DNA from: a virus
Taxonomy: Duplodnaviria; Caudoviricetes
Virus record (IMG/VR): IMGVR_UViG_3300048576_000598
Location: 1 to 42,140 of that record
Strand: one strand, 5' to 3'
Length of the DNA stretch: 42,140 nucleotides
In this document: one piece after another, positions 18,067 to 25,441 of the stretch
Layout of the letters: every line of letters starts with the position of its first letter
How positions within the stretch are numbered: the first letter of the stretch is position 1
Notes under the pieces: model-generated
The model's input: the letters and a program-made list of their open reading frames with translations, nothing else
What the model was told of the DNA's origin: nothing
Database searches by the model: none
Program-made: the position numbers and the translations under genes

Positions 18067-18288
18067 TCAGAATCCCTTGCTCGTGGTGACCCGGATCTGG
18101 CGCGGTGCCTTCGGCCAGAGACCTCGGGCGACTGCCTGATCGTGGAGATCGCGCTTGACCGCGTCGATTGCCGCCTGGAGTTCCTCGACCGTGCGGTACT
18201 CCACGGTCTTGTCACCAAAGGTGACGCGCCGCTCTCCCTTGGCCAGCGCCGCCTCAAGGGCGGTCAGTTGATCTTCGGTATGTGCCAT
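18067..18288 (-). CDS. Head completion protein (gpW-like)
   Basis: 73 aa, L.ALE.ALAKGERRVTFGDKTVEYR; just upstream of portal. Confidence 0.85.
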   Translation of the reverse strand: MAHTEDQLTALEAALAKGERRVTFGDKTVEYRTVEELQAAIDAVKRDLHDQAVARGLWPKAPRQIRVTTSKGF

Positions 18289-18680
18289 CAGCGATAGACC
18301 ACCAGGTTCATCTCCGTGGTATCCGCCAGGGACGTATTGCCGGTGGCGCACACCACGTCGACGTAATCCGCCGTCTTGGCATCCGATGTCGAACGTGCCA
18401 AGGCCGTCCTGGCGCTGCCCGAATTTCCGGTGCTGCGGGCAAACGCCAGCCAGCAGTAGTTCGCATCCACGAAGGGTTGGGAAAACGTGATCCGATAACG
18501 TCCCGCTGCCAGCCGGGTGACCGTCGCGACGTTATGGGAAGAACTGATCTGGATGGCAGCACCGATATAGCCAAAGGTCACCCAGGCACGAGCGATCCCA
18601 GGGTGCTCGGGACGCACCAGCGTCTTGATCTCGGTGGCGACCCGACTGGCCAGCGCAGCCATCTGTGACGTCAGGCTCAT
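18288..18680 (-). CDS. Hypothetical protein, fibre-tip-like (130 aa)
   Basis: Coupled in head operon; ARAWVTF...SHNV..VTR...GRY.ITF..PF.DANY resembles beta-rich C-terminal domains of fibre proteins. Confidence 0.6.
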   Translation of the reverse strand: MSLTSQMAALASRVATEIKTLVRPEHPGIARAWVTFGYIGAAIQISSSHNVATVTRLAAGRYRITFSQPFVDANYCWLAFARSTGNSGSARTALARSTSDAKTADYVDVVCATGNTSLADTTEMNLVVYR

Positions 18681-18682
18681 GA

Positions 18683-19180
18683 TCAGGCGATCAACTGGGC
18701 TTCGAAGATGGCGACGAAGTCGGTGCTGGTGTCACCGATATCGGTACTGGCCACAGCACCGATATTGGTCCGGGCCTGTGATTGCTCCGGCGCAGTCAAG
18801 GTTTGCGCGGCATCGAAGCGCACGCGCTTGTCGATGGCGGCCGTCAGCGCGGCGATGCCGGTCTGATCGTTCTGCAGGGCCTGCTGCAGTTCCAGCAAGG
18901 TGTCGTAGGCCGCATCGGCACCGCCGAGAATCTGGGCACGCAAGTCATCGAGCAGCGTGACAATCTTGGAGGCCGAGAACGTAGTGGTCGTACTGCCGGG
19001 GGCCAGATCATCGATGACGGCAACCGCCGCAATCGCCGCCTTGAGTTCGTTGATGGCGGCGACCAGCGTGGATTTGTCGGTCGTCGAGAGCGACGAGAGG
19101 TTGCCAATCTTGGCATAGACCGTCTTGAACTCGTCGGCGACACGGATGACCAGGCTGTGGATTTGGGTTTGCAGACTCAT
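18683..19180 (-). CDS. Hypothetical protein, fibre-shaft-like (165 aa)
   Basis: AAAGGA RBS; L.TTDKSTLVAAINEL, GADAAYDTLLELQQAL and Q.LT..EQ.QAR.NIGA repeats typical of fibre proteins. Confidence 0.65.
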   Translation of the reverse strand: MSLQTQIHSLVIRVADEFKTVYAKIGNLSSLSTTDKSTLVAAINELKAAIAAVAVIDDLAPGSTTTTFSASKIVTLLDDLRAQILGGADAAYDTLLELQQALQNDQTGIAALTAAIDKRVRFDAAQTLTAPEQSQARTNIGAVASTDIGDTSTDFVAIFEAQLIA

Positions 19181-19205
19181 GATGCGATTTCCTTTGTGGT
19201 GGGTT

Positions 19206-21182
19206 TCAGGTCAGCCAGCGGCTGCGGATCAAACGACGTCCGCCATTGCGAACGCCAGAAACAGCGAGGCCACCTCTGTGGGTGGCCTCGGCATCGGGTA
19301 CAGCGGATAAATCGGGGGGATCAGTGCTGGCGATCCCGAGTTGCTTTTCCAGTTCTCGCCAGTGCCGATCCTCAAAGCGATCGAGGCCGGAGGCTGCGGC
19401 AGCGGCCCGGGCATAGACGTAACAGTCGAGTGCTTCGTTACGCTCGCGCATCTTCTGCCACTCGCGGATGGCGAAGCCATTCCGGTCGCGCCGTGTAATC
19501 AACTGCTCGGCGCACAGTTGCTGCAGGAACTCGGCATCCACCTTGGGCAGATGCACGAAGCCGGCGGGGTAACGGATCGTCACGCCGTCCTCGGCCACCT
19601 CCGGTGACTTTCGGAGGTTGTTGTAGAACTCCAGCTTGGCGATGCCGCCGGCCACCGAGAACACCTTGATGCCTCGGCGCAGTTTCTTGCCACCGGACGT
19701 GGCATCGACGGCAGTTGGCGTGCCGACCAGGGCTGCACCACGTGCCACACCTTTGACGCCCATCAGACGCGGATCGCGCACACTTCGGACAAACGCATAG
19801 GCTTCCTGCGTCGCAAAGCCGGTATCCAATGCAAGACGACCCAATCCAAGCTGGCAGCCGGTTTCATGCGTCCAGGTTTCCCTCAGTACGCCGGCCAGGG
19901 ATTTCCACACCTCGTCGCGGGCGGTATCACCCATCAGCACGCGATGCTCGACGAGCCAGGATTCCTTGCCTCGGCCGAAGGCCCACACCGAGATCTCGAT
20001 GCGATCCTTCTGCACGTCGGCACCGGCGGTAAGCAGCAGGCCACCAACCGGGATGGTCCCGATCCGGTAGTCCTCGCGGCGTTCCAGCAAGCGCTGCCAG
20101 TCGGGTGCTTCGCCTTCCTCGACCCAGGTCTCCCCGAGTTCGGTGTTCTTGAAGGTCTTGATCGCGGCGGCAGATCCGGCTTCCTTACTGATGGCACTCT
20201 CCCAGGCGGCCGCGACATCTTTCCAACTGCGCCAGCCGATTGGGCTGTACAGACTCGACAAGTGAAACCCAGCAGTGCGACTAGCACCGTCAGCCATGGA
20301 CCGCCATTCGCCGTGCTCCAGCATCCAGGTCTTGTGGTGCTCCGGGATCGGCACCTCGCAGGACTCGCAGACGTAGGCAGCGGTATCCGGGAAGTTGCCA
20401 TCCTCACCACGCTCCCAGCGCAGTTGCTCGAAGCGCAGCCATTGCCGGTGCCCACAGTGTGGGCACGGAACAAAGTAGCGCCGCTGATCACTGGCCTCGT
20501 ATTCCCGCTCGATGGTGCTGACACCGGCAATCGTCGGCGTCGACACAATGAATATTTTGCGCCTAGAAAACGTCCGGGTACGGGCCTCAGCCAGTGCCAC
20601 GGCACTGCCTTCGCCATCGACGTCAATCGGATAACCATCGACCTCGTCGAGAAACAAGTAACGCACTGGCATCGAGCGCAGGCCGACCGCACTGTTCGCG
20701 CCGGTCATCACTAGGACGCCACCGCGAAACTCCTTGGCCAGAATCGTGTTGCCCGAGTCGCGGCTCCGGGCCGGCGCGATCAACTCACGCAGGATCGACG
20801 ATTCATCGATCAGCGGATCAATCCGTTGCTTCGAGTTGCGCTTCGCCATTTCCACGGTCGGCCAGACCGCCATCATTGGACCCGGTGCATGATGAATCAC
20901 GTAGCCGATCCAGTTGCTGCCCATCTCGGTCGCACCCAGTTGGGCCGCTTTCATGAACACCACCCGCTCGACCGGCGAGGTCGGCGACAGGCAATCCATG
21001 ATGGCCTTCAGATACGGCGTGCGACTGGTGCGCCAACGACCCGGTTCTGACGAAGCCTTGGAGGACAACATCCGGTGCCGATCCGACCATTCCGATACCG
21101 ACAACAGTGGATCCGGGACAAGCCCCTCCCGCCAGGCACGCTCGATATCGAGGGCGCCCTCATACTCTTCCTGTTCCATCAA
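19206..21182 (-). CDS. terL: Terminase large subunit, lambda GpA family
   Basis: RTPYL, KAAQLGATE (Walker A variant), LFLDEVD, STPT, CPHC, GADVQ, RNEALDC. Confidence 0.95.
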   Translation of the reverse strand: MMEQEEYEGALDIERAWREGLVPDPLLSVSEWSDRHRMLSSKASSEPGRWRTSRTPYLKAIMDCLSPTSPVERVVFMKAAQLGATEMGSNWIGYVIHHAPGPMMAVWPTVEMAKRNSKQRIDPLIDESSILRELIAPARSRDSGNTILAKEFRGGVLVMTGANSAVGLRSMPVRYLFLDEVDGYPIDVDGEGSAVALAEARTRTFSRRKIFIVSTPTIAGVSTIEREYEASDQRRYFVPCPHCGHRQWLRFEQLRWERGEDGNFPDTAAYVCESCEVPIPEHHKTWMLEHGEWRSMADGASRTAGFHLSSLYSPIGWRSWKDVAAAWESAISKEAGSAAAIKTFKNTELGETWVEEGEAPDWQRLLERREDYRIGTIPVGGLLLTAGADVQKDRIEISVWAFGRGKESWLVEHRVLMGDTARDEVWKSLAGVLRETWTHETGCQLGLGRLALDTGFATQEAYAFVRSVRDPRLMGVKGVARGAALVGTPTAVDATSGGKKLRRGIKVFSVAGGIAKLEFYNNLRKSPEVAEDGVTIRYPAGFVHLPKVDAEFLQQLCAEQLITRRDRNGFAIREWQKMRERNEALDCYVYARAAAAASGLDRFEDRHWRELEKQLGIASTDPPDLSAVPDAEATHRGGLAVSGVRNGGRRLIRSRWLT

Positions 21183-21724
21183 TCCACCCGAGGCCGCATG
21201 TCACCGAGTTCGATCAGGTGATCGCGCACGGCAGATTCGAGGGCGACGTGCAGTTCATGGGCGTCGACTTCCAATTTGGCAGCCATCTCGGCCGAAATCC
21301 GGGCTGGCCAGTTGAGCCATGCATCGCGCTCGGTGCGCGCTAACCGGAACACATGCGCGATGGCCTGCGAACGATCGACCAGATCGCCCTTGAGCTGGGC
21401 CAAGCGCACCTTATTGGTCTGCGCCTTGACGACTTCGTTGACAGTCCTGGCCTGCAACAGCGAGGTACCGCCTGCTGACAGCGTCGGGGCGACAGGTTCG
21501 ACCGGAGCACTTGCCGGGCGAATCGGCTCCGCTGCCGGCGAAGGTGTTTTTGCAGCGACTGGCTTGCGGGCCGCCACCGTGTTCTGTGCCCATTCGAGAT
21601 CGGCGCGATTTGGTTCAATCGTGCCGTCTGCCTCCGGCGTGATGCGGCCGGTATCGATCGCCTTCTTGACTGCTACATGAGAGACGCCGCGATGGCGGGC
21701 GTAGGCGCGTATCGACAGACCCAT
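21179..21724 (-). CDS. terS: Terminase small subunit
   Basis: N-terminal HTH (SIRAYARHRGVSHVAVKKAI), coiled coil with L..LKGDLVDR as in Nu1-like proteins; overlaps terL start. Confidence 0.8.
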   Translation of the reverse strand: MGLSIRAYARHRGVSHVAVKKAIDTGRITPEADGTIEPNRADLEWAQNTVAARKPVAAKTPSPAAEPIRPASAPVEPVAPTLSAGGTSLLQARTVNEVVKAQTNKVRLAQLKGDLVDRSQAIAHVFRLARTERDAWLNWPARISAEMAAKLEVDAHELHVALESAVRDHLIELGDMRPRVD

Positions 21725-21773
21725 GATTTACATCAAGCCGATCGCAGAAGTTTTTAGACGTCGCGATTCAGTG

Positions 21774-21803
21774 CTTGGCTTTCCTCCAGAACAGCGCGTT
21801 CAT
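21774..21803 (+). promoter_or_regulatory. Conserved 30-bp element, copy 1
   Basis: CTTGGCTT-TCCTCCAGAA-CAGCGCGTTCAT, 34 nt before ATG 21838. Confidence 0.8.
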
Positions 21804-21837
21804 GCAATCACCATCAACCATCCTGAAGGAGATTGAC

Positions 21838-22017
21838 ATGAGTTACCCAATCAAAGCCCAGGTCGGCGATTACATCCGCATCGACGGGCGCGTACTGCGC
21901 GTCGTGTTTGTGAATGATCGAGACGAGCAACCCGAGTACGAACTAGAAAACGGCAGTTGCATCGGCAACCGCGATTTCAGCTACGACGACGTCCTCCTCG
22001 AATCCGAGGTGCGCTGA
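21838..22017 (+). CDS. Hypothetical protein (59 aa), cassette 1
   Basis: AAGGAG RBS + ATG 21838; MSYPIKAQVGDYIRIDG. Confidence 0.75.
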   Translation: MSYPIKAQVGDYIRIDGRVLRVVFVNDRDEQPEYELENGSCIGNRDFSYDDVLLESEVR

Positions 22018-22042
22018 AAGACCTGAAGCCAAGCAGGAATAG

Positions 22043-22072
22043 CTTGGCTTCACTCTTGAACAGCGCGTTCAT
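22043..22072 (+). promoter_or_regulatory. Conserved 30-bp element, copy 2
   Basis: CTTGGCTT-CACTCTTGAA-CAGCGCGTTCAT, 34 nt before ATG 22107. Confidence 0.8.
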
Positions 22073-22106
22073 GTCATCACCATCAACGACGCCCAAGGAG
22101 ACACAC

Positions 22107-22304
22107 ATGAGCAAGCAAACCCCTCAAGTCAACCAAGCCCTCGAAACCCTGCTCCAGCAGATCGCACTGGACCACCTGTTCATCGAAACCCTGGAAACCC
22201 GCAACAGCGACCGGATGGACTTCCACGAGGTCAGTGTCTGGGGCGTCAAGAGCGCCCTGATGGCGGCCTACGAGGCGGGCCGACAGGCCGCGAAGCAGGC
22301 CTGA
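22107..22304 (+). CDS. DUF6900-like protein (65 aa), cassette 2
   Basis: AAGGAG RBS; IETLETRNSDRMDFHEVSVWGVKSALMAAYEAG signature. Confidence 0.78.
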   Translation: MSKQTPQVNQALETLLQQIALDHLFIETLETRNSDRMDFHEVSVWGVKSALMAAYEAGRQAAKQA

Positions 22305-22321
22305 AATAGAAGCGGAAAGCG

Positions 22322-22351
22322 CTTGGCTTCACTCTCGAACAGCGCGTTTAT
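22322..22351 (+). promoter_or_regulatory. Conserved 30-bp element, copy 3
   Basis: CTTGGCTT-CACTCTCGAA-CAGCGCGTTTAT, 34 nt before ATG 22386. Confidence 0.8.
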
Positions 22352-22385
22352 GGCCACACCATCAACCACCCAGAAGGAGCATCAA

Positions 22386-22934
22386 ATGACCACCATCCAA
22401 CTGAGCCATGCCCAGCACGCCATCCTCGCCTACGCCATCGAACACACCGGCGGCAAGATCGAATGGTTCCCTGACAACATTAAGGGCGGTGCCCGCACCA
22501 AGGTGCTGGAGGGCCTGTTCAACAAGGCCCTGGTCACCCGAGACAGCACCGACTGGTTCGTCGCCGCCGAGGGTTACGACGCCCTGGGGCGCGCACGACC
22601 GACGCCGGCCACCTTCCATCCTGACCCCGAGATCGAGGCCGCCGTGTCGGCCGCTGAGGCCAACTGGGCGCAAGAAAAACAGGTCGCGGCCCAGCGACAG
22701 CTCAAAGTCGGCGTCGAGGGCAAGCCCCGCATGCGCGACAACAGCAAGCAGGCCACCGTGATCCAGATGTTGCAGCGTCCCGAGGGTGCCACCATCAGCC
22801 AGATCTGCGCGGCCACCGGCTGGCAGGCACACACGGTACGCGGCACCTTTGCCGGTGCCTTCAAGAAAAAACTCGGGCTCAACCTTGCCTCCGAGAAGCC
22901 CGAAGGCAGCGAGCGCATCTACCGGATCGTTTGA
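22386..22934 (+). CDS. DUF3489 domain protein (winged-helix-like, 182 aa), cassette 3
   Basis: AAGGAG RBS; SKQATVIQMLQRPEGATI.QI..ATGWQAHTVRG...KKKLGL signature. Confidence 0.85.
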   Translation: MTTIQLSHAQHAILAYAIEHTGGKIEWFPDNIKGGARTKVLEGLFNKALVTRDSTDWFVAAEGYDALGRARPTPATFHPDPEIEAAVSAAEANWAQEKQVAAQRQLKVGVEGKPRMRDNSKQATVIQMLQRPEGATISQICAATGWQAHTVRGTFAGAFKKKLGLNLASEKPEGSERIYRIV

Positions 22935-22988
22935 TCCAGACGGGGTGGCGATACTCGCCGTCGCCCCGAAAAAATGATTCAGAAAGCA

Positions 22989-23018
22989 CTTGGCTTCTCA
23001 ATCTAACAGCGCGTTCAT
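22989..23018 (+). promoter_or_regulatory. Conserved 30-bp element, copy 4
   Basis: CTTGGCTT-CTCAATCTAA-CAGCGCGTTCAT, 36 nt before ATG 23055. Confidence 0.8.
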
Positions 23019-23054
23019 GCGGATGTCACAACAATCAACCAACCGGAGACCATC

Positions 23055-23519
23055 ATGACCACCACCGTCCGCGCCCGTTTTACCCGCAAGCCCTGCAGCC
23101 TCGATGAGGTACTTCGCAACACAGACCCGAGCGCACAGCCTGAGCCTATCGCGATCGAGTTCCGAAAGGAACTGACTGCCGCCGAGTACGACGCCTTCGC
23201 CAGCTCCCTGCTGGAGGATCGCGAATGGCTTACCGGACGCGGTGGCCACGCAAATGGTCAACGACAAGTCGTGGAGGTCAGCGCCCCTGGCCGCACCACC
23301 CTCTACGTCGATCCCTCCGGCAGCAGCTACGGGCGTTACGTCGGGGTGGCGATCGAGTCGCCGACACCCAGCAACGACCAGGCCAGCGCGATTCGCTGGC
23401 TGCTCGACAATCGCCGGCCCGAAGTCAGCATCGATCAGGCGCTGCGCACCCTGCGCATCGCATTGTGCTGCGACGCCGGTGCCATGGAATTGCTCGACCA
23501 AATCGCCTCGGAAAAATGA
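23055..23519 (+). CDS. Hypothetical protein (154 aa; N-terminal part possibly DUF6329-like), cassette 4
   Basis: GGAG RBS; F.RKP, EYDAF...LL.D..WL, LYVDPSGSSYGRYVG. Confidence 0.72.
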   Translation: MTTTVRARFTRKPCSLDEVLRNTDPSAQPEPIAIEFRKELTAAEYDAFASSLLEDREWLTGRGGHANGQRQVVEVSAPGRTTLYVDPSGSSYGRYVGVAIESPTPSNDQASAIRWLLDNRRPEVSIDQALRTLRIALCCDAGAMELLDQIASEK

Positions 23520-23541
23520 TTCAGATTTCTGCGATGAAGAG

Positions 23542-23571
23542 CTTGGCTTCTCAATCAAACAGCGCGTTCAT
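23542..23571 (+). promoter_or_regulatory. Conserved 30-bp element, copy 5
   Basis: CTTGGCTT-CTCAATCAAA-CAGCGCGTTCAT, 36 nt before ATG 23608. Confidence 0.8.
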
Positions 23572-23607
23572 ACGGGTGTCGCAACGATCAACCCGAAGGA
23601 GAGAACA

Positions 23608-23985
23608 ATGACTACCAAGCAAACCATCCCCGCATCCCAGAACGAAGCCTGGGGCTTTTTTGGCACGATGAACGACAACGCCGCAGCCGCCTGGCCGATC
23701 GCGATGACCGCGATCTCGGACGCCACCCACCAGCCCCTCGAGTCGGTCAGACTATTCCTAGACAGCCGCCACGGACGCCACTTTGCGGATGACGTCCTCA
23801 ACGAGATGCTGCGGGGCCACGCGATCCAGCAGGCCATCGACGCCGCCGTGACGCGGTGGATGGGCTGGACGATTGGCCGCCAGACCAGCAAGGACTACGG
23901 CATCCCCAAGGGCCTGCCTTACCTGACTGGCTTCGTGATCCACTGCGAAGTGACCGACGAGTCCTTCGAAACCGAAGCAGCGTAA
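23608..23985 (+). CDS. Hypothetical protein (125 aa), cassette 5
   Basis: AAGGAG RBS + ATG 23608; NEAWGFFGTM, FLDSRHGRHFADDV, GIP.GLPYLTGFV. Confidence 0.78.
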   Translation: MTTKQTIPASQNEAWGFFGTMNDNAAAAWPIAMTAISDATHQPLESVRLFLDSRHGRHFADDVLNEMLRGHAIQQAIDAAVTRWMGWTIGRQTSKDYGIPKGLPYLTGFVIHCEVTDESFETEAA

Positions 23986-23995
23986 GGAGATCCCC

Positions 23996-24202
23996 ATGGC
24001 CGCCGTCGTTACCACCCCGCAACTCGAAGCCAACTACGACAAGTTCATCACCGAACTGACCAAACTCACCCGCAAGTACGGTGTGGCAATCCAGTCAGTC
24101 GGCGGAGTCCACCTCGCTGACAACCCCGGCGAGTTCCGCAATGTTCACTACGTCGCTGATATCACCAGCGGCGATCTCCTGCCGGAGTTCCCCACCGACT
24201 GA
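23996..24202 (+). CDS. Hypothetical protein (68 aa), last gene of the inverted array
   Basis: TAAGGAG RBS right after the previous stop; no 30-bp element of its own; overlaps the 3' end of the methyltransferase convergently. Confidence 0.65.
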   Translation: MAAVVTTPQLEANYDKFITELTKLTRKYGVAIQSVGGVHLADNPGEFRNVHYVADITSGDLLPEFPTD

Positions 24203-25441
24203 CAGCGCGTCGAATGCCACGCCATCGGACAGCCTGATGGCCTTCGCCCCGGCATAGTCCTGCCAGCGGCGAACGATCACATCGACGTACTTCGGATCCA
24301 GTTCGATCAGCCGCGCCTTGCGGCCCGACTTATGCGCCGCGATCATCGTGGTGCCCGACCCACCGAATGGATCCAGCACCACGTCGCCCGGCCGGCTCGA
24401 ATTCCGGATCGCCCGTTCCACCAATTCCACCGGCTTCATGGTCGGGTGCAGATCGTTCTTCTGCGGCTTCTTGATCTGCCAGACATCGCCCTGGTCACGG
24501 TCGCCGCACCAGTGACGCTCGGCGCCCTCGGGCCAGCCGTAGAGAATCGGTTCGTACTGACGCTGATAGTCGGCACGCCCCAGGGTGAAGGTATTCTTGG
24601 CCCAAATCACGAAGGTGGACCAGTGGCCGCCCGCCGCACGGAACGCCGCCTGCAAGCGGTCCAGTTCGCTCGACGACATGGCCACATAGATGCCACCCTG
24701 GCAATGCGCCACGGTGGGCGTCAGTGCGGCCAGCAAGAAATCGTAGAACCCGTCACCGAGGTTGTCGTTGAGGATCGCGCGATCCTTGCCGCGCATTTTG
24801 TCCTTGGCCGAGTTGGCGTAATTGACGTTGTACGGCGGATCCGTAAATACCATGTCGGCGATCTCGTCGCCCAGTAAAGCTGCGTAGGCATCGGCATCAG
24901 TCGAGTCCCCGCAGAGCACGCGGTGCTCCCCGCAGATCCAGACATCACCAGCCCTGGATACAACGGGGCCAGTGTCTTCCGGAACGGCATCCTCGTCGGT
25001 ATCGCCTTCGGTGGTAGTTTCCTCACCGGCGAGCAGGTCGGCCAGGGCATCGGCATCGAAGCCGGTCAGGGTCAGGTCGAAGTTGTCATCCTGCAATGCG
25101 GCCAGTTCGACCTGGAGCATGGCATCGTCCCAGCCGGCGTTTTCGGCGATCCGGTTATCCGCGATCACCAGGGCGCGACGCTGCGTCGGCGTCAGGTGAT
25201 CGAGGATCACGACCGGCACTGTCGGGATGCCGAGTTTCTGGGCCGCCGCCAGACGGCCATGCCCCGCCACGATGACGCCATCGCCACCAGCCAGGATCGG
25301 ATTGGTGAAACCGAACTCGGCAATCGACGCAGCGATCTGCGCCACTTGAGCATCCGAATGCGTCCGGGCATTGCGGGCATAGGGCACCAGCTTGGCAGTC
25401 GGCCACTGTTCGATCTTGTCGGCCAGCCACGAAATCGTCAT
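24095..25441 (-). CDS. ParB-domain / N6-N4 DNA methyltransferase (DPPY)
   Basis: ParB-like N-terminus (AGHGRL.AA, IADNR); FTDPPY, HPTMKPVEL, LDPFGGSGTT (beta-class motif order). Confidence 0.92.
   Translation of the reverse strand: MTISWLADKIEQWPTAKLVPYARNARTHSDAQVAQIAASIAEFGFTNPILAGGDGVIVAGHGRLAAAQKLGIPTVPVVILDHLTPTQRRALVIADNRIAENAGWDDAMLQVELAALQDDNFDLTLTGFDADALADLLAGEETTTEGDTDEDAVPEDTGPVVSRAGDVWICGEHRVLCGDSTDADAYAALLGDEIADMVFTDPPYNVNYANSAKDKMRGKDRAILNDNLGDGFYDFLLAALTPTVAHCQGGIYVAMSSSELDRLQAAFRAAGGHWSTFVIWAKNTFTLGRADYQRQYEPILYGWPEGAERHWCGDRDQGDVWQIKKPQKNDLHPTMKPVELVERAIRNSSRPGDVVLDPFGGSGTTMIAAHKSGRKARLIELDPKYVDVIVRRWQDYAGAKAIRLSDGVAFDALSVGGELRQEIAAGDISDVVNIAELAGVVSEVDSAD

Noticed and set aside
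22043-22072. Element as a sigma-54 promoter (TTGGC start)
   Set aside because: The required GC at -12 falls in the variable spacer and is not conserved
22941-22974. Hairpin after the DUF3489 gene as an intrinsic terminator
   Set aside because: Imperfect stem followed by an A-run on the plus strand, so neither strand has a U-tract 3' of the stem; function unclear
21774-23571. 30-bp repeats as a CRISPR array
   Set aside because: Intervals are about 240-640 bp and contain whole genes with RBSs, the repeat centre is variable, and there is no cas operon
21775-23607. Longer ORF-track versions of the cassette genes (starts 21775, 21957, 22323, 23242)
   Set aside because: Extensions run through the repeat element; downstream ATGs have strong RBSs at a constant distance from it
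21838-24202. Calling the small genes anti-CRISPRs
   Set aside because: Size and context are compatible, but I recognise no Acr/Aca family; kept only as a hypothesis
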